From: Eledone cirrhosa
Lineage: Eukaryota
Direction: 5' to 3'
Length of the DNA: 64,000 nucleotides
NCBI GenBank assembly: GCA_964016885.1
Contig: OZ024743.1
Location: 211,606,001 to 211,670,000 of the forward strand
The translations under genes were made by a program, and so were the position numbers. A model generated the notes under the pieces. That model saw only the letters and a program-made list of their open reading frames with translations, did not search any database and was not told where the DNA came from. Numbering within the stretch: the first letter of the stretch is position 1; every line of letters begins with the position of its first letter. Shown here in pieces: positions 16,190-28,154 of this stretch.

Positions 16190-19100
16190 TATATGTCATA
16201 TATACCAGGAATACTGGATATATGTCACATATACCAGGATTACTGAATATGTCTCATATATAGCAGGATTACTGGATATATGTCATATATACTAGGATTA
16301 CTGGATATATCTCATATACTAGGATTACTGGATATATCTCATATACCAGGATTACTGGATATATCTCATATACCAGGATTACTGGATATATATCATATAT
16401 ACCAGGATTACTGGATATATGTCATATACCAGGATTACTGGATATATCTCAGATATACCAGAATTACTGGATATATGACATATATACCAGGATTATTTGA
16501 TATATGTCATATATATCAGGATTACTGGATATATGTCATATATACTAGGATTACTGGATATGTCATATATACCAGGATTACTGGATATATGTCATATATA
16601 CCAGGATTACTGGATATATGTCATATATCCAGTAATCCTAGTATATATGACATATATACCAGGATTTCTGGATATATGTCATATATCCAGTAATCCTAGT
16701 ATATATGACATACATACCAGGATTACTGGATATATCTCAGATATACCAGGATTACTGGATATATGTCATATATACCAGGATTAGTGGATATATGTAATAT
16801 ACACCAGGATTACTGGATATATCTCATACATACCAGGATTACTGGATATATGTCATATATACCAGGATTACTGGATATATGTCATATATACCAGGATTAC
16901 TGGATATATCTCATATATACTAGGATTACTGGATATATGTCATATATACCAGGATTACTGGATATATGTCATATATACCAGGATTAGTGGATATATGTCA
17001 TATATACCAGGATTACTGGATATATCTCATACATACCAGGATTACTGGATATATGTCATATATACCAGGATTACTGGATATATGTCATATATACCAGGAT
17101 TACTGGATATATGTCATATATACCAGGATTACTGGATATATGTCATATATACCAGGATTACTGGATATATGTCATATATAACAGGATTACTGGATATATG
17201 TCATATAGACTAGGATTACTGGATATATGTCATATGTAGCAGGATTACTGGATATATGCCATATATACCAGGATTACTGGATATATGTCATATATACCAG
17301 GATTACTGGATATATTCTTATATATACCAAGAATACTGGATATATGTCATATATACCAGGATTACTGGATATATGTCATATATACCAAGATTACTGGATA
17401 TATGTCATATATACCAGGATTACTGGATATATCCCATATATACCAGGATTACTGGATATATGTCATATATACCAGGAATACTGGATATATGTCATATATA
17501 CCAGGATTACTGGATATATCTCACATATACCAGGATTACTGGATATATGTCATATATACCAGGAATACTGGATATATGTCATATATACCAGGATTACTGG
17601 ATATATCTCATATATACCAGGATTACTGGATATATGTCATATATACCAGGATTACTGGATATATGTCATATATACCTGGATTACTGGATATATGTCATAT
17701 ATACAGGATTACTGGATATATGTCATATATACCAGGAATACTGGATATATGTCATATATACCAGGATTACTGGATATATCTCATATATACCAGGATTACT
17801 GGATATATGTCATATATACCAGGAATACTGGATATATGTCATATATACCAGGATTACTGGATATATCTCATATATACCATGATTACTGGATATATGTCAT
17901 ATATACCAGGATTACAGGATATATCTCATATACCAGGATTACTGGATATATATCATATATACCAGGATTACTGGATATATGTCATATACCAGGATTACTG
18001 GATATATTTCATATATACCAAGATTACTGGATATATGACATATATACCAGGAATACTGGATATATGTCATATATACCAGGATTACTGGATATATCTCATT
18101 TATACCAGGATTACTGAATATATGTCATATATACCAGGAATACTGGATATATGTCATATATACCAGGATTACTGGATATATCTCATATATACCAGGATTA
18201 CTGAATATATGTCATATATACCAGGAATACTGTATATATGTCATATATACCAGGATTACTAGATATATGTCATATATCCCAGGATTACTGGATATATGTC
18301 ATATATACCAGGATTACTGGATATATGTCATATACATCAGGATTATTGAATATATGTCATATATACCAGGATTACTGGATATATGTCATATATACCAGGA
18401 TTACTGGATATATGTCATATATACGAGGATTACTGGATATATGTCATATATACCAGGATTATTGGATATATGTCATACATACCAGGATTACTGGATATAT
18501 GTCATATATACCATGAATACTGGATATTACTGGATATATGTCATATATACCAGGATTACTGGATATATGTCATATATACCAGGATTACTGGATATAAGTC
18601 ATATATACCTGGTTTACTGGAAATATGTCATATATACCAGGAATACTGGATATATGTCATATAGACCAGGATTACTGGATATATCTCATATATACCAGGA
18701 TTACTGGATATATGTCATATATACCAGGATTACTGGATATATCTCATATATACCAGGATTAGTGGATATATCTCATATATACCAGGATTACTGGATATAT
18801 GACATACATACCAGGATTATTAGATATATGTCATATATACCAGGATTATTGGACATATCTCATATATACCAGGATTACTGGATACATGTCATTTATACCA
18901 GGAGTATTGGATATATGTCACATATACCAGGATTACTGGATATATGTCATATATACCAGGATTACTGGATATATGTCATATATACGAGGATTACTGGATA
19001 TATGTCATATATACCAGTATTATTGGATAAATGTCATATATACCAGGATTACTGGATATATGTCATATATACCAGGATTACTGTATATATGTCATATATA

Positions 19101-22100
19101 CCAGGATTACTGGATATATCTCATATGATACCAGGATTACTGGATATATGTCATATATACCAGGATTACTGGATATATCTCATATATACCAGGATTACTG
19201 GATATATCTCATATATAGCAGGATTACTGGATATATGTCATATATACCAGGATTACTGGATATATCTCATATATACCAGGATTAGTGGATATATCTCATA
19301 TATACCAGGATTACTGGATATATGACATACATACCAGGATTATTAGATATATGTCATATATACCAGGATTATTGGACATATCTCATATATACCAGGATTA
19401 CTGGATACATGTCATATACCAGGATTACTGGATATATGTCATATATACCAGGATTACTGGATATATGTCATATATAACAGGATTACTGGATATATGTCAT
19501 ATAGACTAGGATTACTGGATATATGTCATATGTAGCAGGATTACTGGATATATGCCATATATACCAGGATTACTGGATATATGTCATATATACCAGGATT
19601 ACTGGATATATTCTTATATATACCAAGAATACTGGATATATGTCATATATACCAGGATTACTGGATATATGTCATATATACCAAGATTACTGGATATATG
19701 TCATATATACCAGGATTACTGGATATATCCCATATATACCAGGATTACTGGATATATGTCATATATACCAGGAATACTGGATATATGTCATATATACCAG
19801 GATTACTGGATATATCTCACATATACCAGGATTACTGGATATATGTCATATATACCAGGAATACTGGATATATGTCATATATACCAGGATTACTGGATAT
19901 ATCTCATATATACCAGGATTACTGGATATATGTCATATATACCAGGATTACTGGATATATGTCATATATACCTGGATTACTGGATATATGTCATATATAC
20001 AGGATTACTGGATATATGTCATATATACCAGGAATACTGGATATATGTCATATATACCAGGATTACTGGATATATCTCATATATACCAGGATTACTGGAT
20101 ATATGTCATATATACCAGGAATACTGGATATATGTCATATATACCAGGATTACTGGATATATCTCATATATACCAGGATTACTGGATATATGTCATATAT
20201 ACCAGGATTACTGGATATATGTCATATATACCTGGATTACTGGATATATGTCATATATACAGGATTACTGGATATATGTCATATATACCAGGATTACTGG
20301 ATATATCTCATATATACCAGGATTACTGGATATATGTCATATATACCAGGATTACAGGATATATCTCATATACCAGGATTACTGGATATATATCATATAT
20401 ACCAGGATTACTGGATATATGTCATATACCAGGATTACTGGATATATTTCATATATACCAAGATTACTGGATATATGACATATATACCAGGAATACTGGA
20501 TATATGTCATATATACCAGGATTACTGGATATATCTCATTTATACCAGGATTACTGAATATATGTCATATATACCAGGAATACTGGATATATGTCATATA
20601 TACCAGGATTACTGGATATATCTCATATATACCAGGATTACTGAATATATGTCATATATACCAGGAATACTGTATATATGTCATATATACCAGGATTACT
20701 GGATATATGTCATATATCCCAGGATTACTGGATATATGTCATATATACCAGGATTACTGGATATATGTCATATACATCAGGAATACTGGATATATGTCAT
20801 ATATACCAGGATTACTGGATATATGTCATATATACCAGGATTACTGAATATATCTCAAATACCAGGATTACTGGATATATCTCATATACCAGGATTACTG
20901 GATATATCTCATATACCAGGATTACTGGATATATCTCATATGCCAGGATTACTGGATATATGACATATATAGCAGGATTACTGGATATATGACATACATA
21001 CCAGGATTATTAGATATATGTCATATATACCAGGAATACTGGATATATGTCACATATACCAGGATTACTGAATATGTCTCATATATAGCAGGATTACTGG
21101 ATATATGTCATATATACTAGGATTACTGGATATATCTCATATACTAGGATTACTGGATATATCTCATATACCAGGATTACTGGATATATCTCATATACCA
21201 GGATTACTGGATATATATCATATATACCAGGATTACTGGATATATGTCATATACCAGGATTACTGGATATATCTCAGATATACCAGAATTACTGGATATA
21301 TGACATATATACCAGGATTATTTGATATATGTCATATATATCAGGATTACTGGATATATGTCATATATACTAGGATTACTGGATATGTCATATATACCAG
21401 GATTACTGGATATATGTCATATATACCAGGATTACTGGATATATGTCATATATCCAGTAATCCTAGTATATATGACATATATACCAGGATTTCTGGATAT
21501 ATGTCATATATCCAGTAATCCTAGTATATATGACATACATACCAGGATTACTGGATATATCTCAGATATACCAGGATTACTGGATATATGTCATATATAC
21601 CAGGATTAGTGGATATATGTAATATACACCAGGATTACTGGATATATCTCATACATACCAGGATTACTGGATATATGTCATATATACCAGGATTACTGGA
21701 TATATGTCATATATACCAGGATTACTGGATATATCTCATATATACTAGGATTACTGGATATATGTCATATATACCAGGATTACTGGATATATGTCATATA
21801 TACCAGGATTAGTGGATATATGTCATATATACCAGGATTACTGGATATATCTCATACATACCAGGATTACTGGATATATGTCATATATACCAGGATTACT
21901 GGATATATGTCATATATACCAGGATTACTGGATATATGTCATATATACCAGGATTACTGGATATATGTCATATATACCAGGATTACTGGATATATGTCAT
22001 ATATAACAGGATTACTGGATATATGTCATATAGACTAGGATTACTGGATATATGTCATATGTAGCAGGATTACTGGATATATGCCATATATACCAGGATT

Positions 22101-25100
22101 ACTGGATATATGTCATATATACCAGGATTACTGGATATATTCTTATATATACCAAGAATACTGGATATATGTCATATATACCAGGATTACTGGATATATG
22201 TCATATATACCAAGATTACTGGATATATGTCATATATACCAGGATTACTGGATATATCCCATATATACCAGGATTACTGGATATATGTCATATATACCAG
22301 GAATACTGGATATATGTCATATATACCAGGATTACTGGATATATCTCACATATACCAGGATTACTGGATATATGTCATATATACCAGGAATACTGGATAT
22401 ATGTCATATATACCAGGATTACTGGATATATCTCATATATACCAGGATTACTGGATATATGTCATATATACCAGGATTACTGGATATATGTCATATATAC
22501 CTGGATTACTGGATATATGTCATATATACAGGATTACTGGATATATGTCATATATACCAGGAATACTGGATATATGTCATATATACCAGGATTACTGGAT
22601 ATATCTCATATATACCAGGATTACTGGATATATGTCATATATACCAGGAATACTGGATATATGTCATATATACCAGGATTACTGGATATATCTCATATAT
22701 ACCAGGATTACTGGATATATGTCATATATACCAGGATTACAGGATATATCTCATATACCAGGATTACTGGATATATATCATATATACCAGGATTACTGGA
22801 TATATGTCATATACCAGGATTACTGGATATATTTCATATATACCAAGATTACTGGATATATGACATATATACCAGGAATACTGGATATATGTCATATATA
22901 CCAGGATTACTGGATATATCTCATTTATACCAGGATTACTGAATATATGTCATATATACCAGGAATACTGGATATATGTCATATATACCAGGATTACTGG
23001 ATATATCTCATATATACCAGGATTACTGAATATATGTCATATATACCAGGAATACTGTATATATGTCATATATACCAGGATTACTAGATATATGTCATAT
23101 ATCCCAGGATTACTGGATATATGTCATATATACCAGGATTACTGGATATATGTCATATACATCAGGATTATTGAATATATGTCATATATACCAGGATTAC
23201 TGGATATATGTCATATATACCAGGATTACTGGATATATGTCATATATACGAGGATTACTGGATATATGTCATATATACCAGGATTATTGGATATATGTCA
23301 TACATACCAGGATTACTGGATATATGTCATATATACCATGAATACTGGATATTACTGGATATATGTCATATATACCAGGATTACTGGATATATGTCATAT
23401 ATACCAGGATTACTGGATATAAGTCATATATACCTGGTTTACTGGAAATATGTCATATATACCAGGAATACTGGATATATGTCATATAGACCAGGATTAC
23501 TGGATATATCTCATATATACCAGGATTACTGGATATATGTCATATATACCAGGATTACTGGATATATCTCATATATACCAGGATTAGTGGATATATCTCA
23601 TATATACCAGGATTACTGGATATATGACATACATACCAGGATTATTAGATATATGTCATATATACCAGGATTATTGGACATATCTCATATATACCAGGAT
23701 TACTGGATACATGTCATTTATACCAGGAGTATTGGATATATGTCACATATACCAGGATTACTGGATATATGTCATATATACCAGGATTACTGGATATATG
23801 TCATATATACGAGGATTACTGGATATATGTCATAGTATACCAGTATTATTGGATAAATGTCATATATACCAGGATTACTGGATATATGTCATATATACCA
23901 GGATTACTGTATATATGTCATATATACCAGGATTACTGGATATATCTCATATATACCAGGATTACTGGATATATGTCATATATACCAGGATTACTGGATA
24001 TATCTCATATATACCAGGATTACTGGATATATCTCATATATAGCAGGATTACTGGATATATGTCATATATACCAGGATTACTGGATATATCTCATATATA
24101 CCAGGATTAGTGGATATATCTCATATATACCAGGATTACTGGATATATGACATACATACCAGGATTATTAGATATATGTCATATATACCAGGATTATTGG
24201 ACATATCTCATATATACCAGGATTACTGGATACATGTCATATACCAGGATTACTGGATATATGTCATATATACCAGGATTACTGGATATATGTCATATAT
24301 AACAGGATTACTGGATATATGTCATATAGACTAGGATTACTGGATATATGTCATATGTAGCAGGATTACTGGATATATGCCATATATACCAGGATTACTG
24401 GATATATGTCATATATACCAGGATTACTGGATATATTCTTATATATACCAAGAATACTGGATATATGTCATATATACCAGGATTACTGGATATATGTCAT
24501 ATATACCAAGATTACTGGATATATGTCATATATACCAGGATTACTGGATATATCCCATATATACCAGGATTACTGGATATATGTCATATATACCAGGAAT
24601 ACTGGATATATGTCATATATACCAGGATTACTGGATATATCTCACATATACCAGGATTACTGGATATATGTCATATATACCAGGAATACTGGATATATGT
24701 CATATATACCAGGATTACTGGATATATCTCATATATACCAGGATTACTGGATATATGTCATATAAACCAGGATTACTGGATATATGTCATATATACCTGG
24801 ATTACTGGATATATGTCATATATACAGGATTACTGGATATATGTCATATATACCAGGAATACTGGATATATGTCATATATACCAGGATTACTGGATATTA
24901 TCTCATATATACCAGGATTACTGGATATATGTCATATATACCAGGAATACTGGATATATGTCATATATACCAGGATTACTGGATATATCTCATATATACC
25001 AGGATTACTGGATATATGTCATATATACCAGGATTACTGGATATATGTCATATATACCTGGATTACTGGATATATGTCATATATACAGGATTACTGGATA

Positions 25101-25860
25101 TATGTCATATATACCAGGATTACTGGATATATCTCATATATACCAGGATTACTGGATATATGTCATATATACCAGGATTACAGGATATATCTCATATACC
25201 AGGATTACTGGATATATATCATATATACCAGGATTACTGGATATATGTCATATACCAGGATTACTGGATATATTTCATATATACCAAGATTACTGGATAT
25301 ATGACATATATACCAGGAATACTGGATATATGTCATATATACCAGGATTACTGGATATATCTCATTTATACCAGGATTACTGAATATATGTCATATTATA
25401 CCAGGAATACTGGATATATGTCATATATACCAGGATTACTGGATATATCTCATATATACCAGGATTACTGAATATATGTCATATATACCAGGAATACTGT
25501 ATATATGTCATATATACCAGGATTACTGGATATATGTCATATATCCCAGGATTACTGGATATATGTCATATATACCAGGATTACTGGATATATGTCATAT
25601 ACATCAGGAATACTGGATATATGTCATATATACCAGGATTACTGGATATATGTCATATATACCAGGATTACTGAATATATCTCAAATACCAGGATTACTG
25701 GATATATCTCATATACCAGGATTACTGGATATATCTCATATACCAGGATTACTGGATATATCTCATATGCCAGGATTACTGGATATATGACATATATAGC
25801 AGGATTACTGGATATATGACATACATACCAGGATTATTAGATATATGTCATATATACCAG
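16190..25860. repeat. Higher-order repeat domain 2 of Sat29: tandem 4825-bp duplication with an internal 2296-bp sub-duplication
   Basis: Pseudo-ORFs 16280/21105, 17227/22052, 18238/23063 and 19523/24348 are all offset by 4825; 17227/19523 are offset by 2296. Confidence 0.9.
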
Positions 25861-27954
25861 GATTACTGGATATATCTCATATATACCAGGATTACTGGAT
25901 ATATGTCATATATACCAGCATTATTGAATATATGTCATATATACCAGGATTACTGGATATATGTCATATATACCAGGATTACTGGATATATGTCATATAT
26001 ACGAGGATTACTGGATATATGTCATATATACCAGGATTATTGGATATATGTCATACATACCAGGATTACTGGATATATGTCATATATACCATGAATACTG
26101 GATATTACTGGATATATGTCATATATACCAGGATTACTGGATATATGTCATATATACCAGGATTACTGGATATAAGTCATATATACCTGGTTTACTGGAA
26201 ATATGTCATATATACCAGGAATACTGGATATATGTCATATAGACCAGGATTACTGGATATATCTCATATATACCAGGATTACTGGATATATGTCATATAT
26301 ACCAGGATTACTGGATATATCTCATATATACCAGGATTAGTGGATATATCTCATATATACCAGGATTACTGGATATATGACATACATACCAGGATTATTA
26401 GATATATGTCATATATACCAGGATTATTGGACATATCTCATATATACCAGGATTACTGGATACATGTCATTTATACCAGGAGTATTGGATATATGTCACA
26501 TATACCAGGATTACTGGATATATGTCATATATACCAGGATTACTGGATATATGTCATATATACGAGGATTACTGGATATATGTCATATATACCAGTATTA
26601 TTGGATAAATGTCATATATACCAGGATTACTGGATATATGTCATATATACCAGGATTACTGTATATATGTCATATATACCAGGATTACTGGATATATCTC
26701 ATATATACCAGGATTACTGGATATATGTCATATATACCAGGATTACTGGATATATCTCATATATACCAGGATTACTGGATATATCTCATATATAGCAGGA
26801 TTACTGGATATATGTCATATATACCAGGATTACTGGATATATCTCATATATACCAGGATTAGTGGATATATCTCATATATACCAGGATTACTGGATATAT
26901 GACATACATACCAGGATTATTAGATATATGTAATATATACCAGGATTATTGGACATATCTCATATATACCAGGATTACTGGATACATGTCATATACCAGG
27001 ATTACTGGATATATGTCATATATACCAGGATTACTGGATATATGTCATATATAACAGGATTACTGGATATATGTCATATAGACTAGGATTAACTGGATAT
27101 ATGTCATATGTAGCAGGATTACTGGATATATGCCATATATACCAGGATTACTGGATATATGTCATATATACCAGGATTACTGGATATATTCTATATATAC
27201 CAAGAATACTGGATATATGTCATATATACCAGGATTACTGGATATATGTCATATATACCAAGATTACTGGATATATGTCATATATACCAGGATTACTGGA
27301 TATATCCATATATACCAGGATTACTGGATATATGTCATATATACCAGGAATACTGGATATATGTCATATATACCAGGATTACTGGATATATCTCACATAT
27401 ACCAGGATTACTGGATATATGTCATATATACCAGGAATACTGGATATATGTCATATATACCAGGATTACTGGATATATCTCATATATACCAGGATTACTG
27501 GATATATGTCATATATACCAGGAATACTGGATATATGTCATATATACCAGGATTACTGGATATATCTCATATATACCAGGATTACTGGATATATGTCATA
27601 TATACCAGGAATACTGGATATATGTCATATATACCAGGATTACTGGATATATCTCATATATACCAGGATTACTGGATATATGTCATATATACCAGGATTA
27701 CTGGATATATGCTCATATATACCAGGATTACTGGATATATGTCATATATACCAGGATTACAGGATATATGTCATATATACCAGGATTACAGGATATATGT
27801 CAATATATACCTGATACTGGAAAAGATTACTGGATATATGTCATATATACCAGATTACTGGATATATGTCAAATATACCACGGATTACTGGATATAAGTT
27901 CATATATACCAGGATTAGACACAGTGATCACTGTAATATAATACAGGATTACAG

Positions 27955-28154
27955 NNNNNNNNNNNNNNNNNNNNNNNNNNNNNNNNNNNNNNNNNNNNNN
28001 NNNNNNNNNNNNNNNNNNNNNNNNNNNNNNNNNNNNNNNNNNNNNNNNNNNNNNNNNNNNNNNNNNNNNNNNNNNNNNNNNNNNNNNNNNNNNNNNNNNN
28101 NNNNNNNNNNNNNNNNNNNNNNNNNNNNNNNNNNNNNNNNNNNNNNNNNNNNNN
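27955..28154. other. Assembly gap (exactly 200 N)
   Basis: A run of 200 N, a round number typical of a scaffolding or curation placeholder of unknown true size. Confidence 0.99.

Larger units (their letters stand above)
1..27954. repeat. 29-bp tandem minisatellite/satellite array (Sat29), consensus ATATATACCAGGATTACTGGATATATGTC
   Basis: Read directly: the first monomer is 1-29 and the unit recurs head-to-tail up to the gap. Common variants are ...ATCTC for ...ATGTC, GGAATACT for GGATTACT, and 27-bp units lacking one TA. Almost no CpG. Confidence 0.99.

Noticed and set aside
19120-27310. Singleton 1-bp indels (near 19126, 23835, 24899, 25396, 27091) that differ between otherwise identical higher-order copies
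   Set aside because: They are unshared and become more frequent toward the contig end, so they are probably sequencing or consensus errors.
25-27941. More than 100 overlapping + strand ORFs of up to 523 aa (YIPGLLDICHIYQDYWIYVIYTRITGYMS repeats)
   Set aside because: The 29-mer has no stop codon on the + strand, and 29 is not a multiple of 3. All three frames therefore give the same 29-aa cycle, and indels shift frames freely. This is a repeat artefact, not a gene.
1-27954. CRISPR-like appearance (29-bp palindromic repeat)
   Set aside because: The repeats abut with no unique spacers, there are no cas genes, and the context is eukaryotic (SINE).
27800-27954. Degenerate monomers and a perfect 14-bp palindrome ACAGTGATCACTGT (27921-27934) just before the gap
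   Set aside because: These lie in the last bases of a contig, where consensus quality usually falls. They cannot be distinguished from read error.
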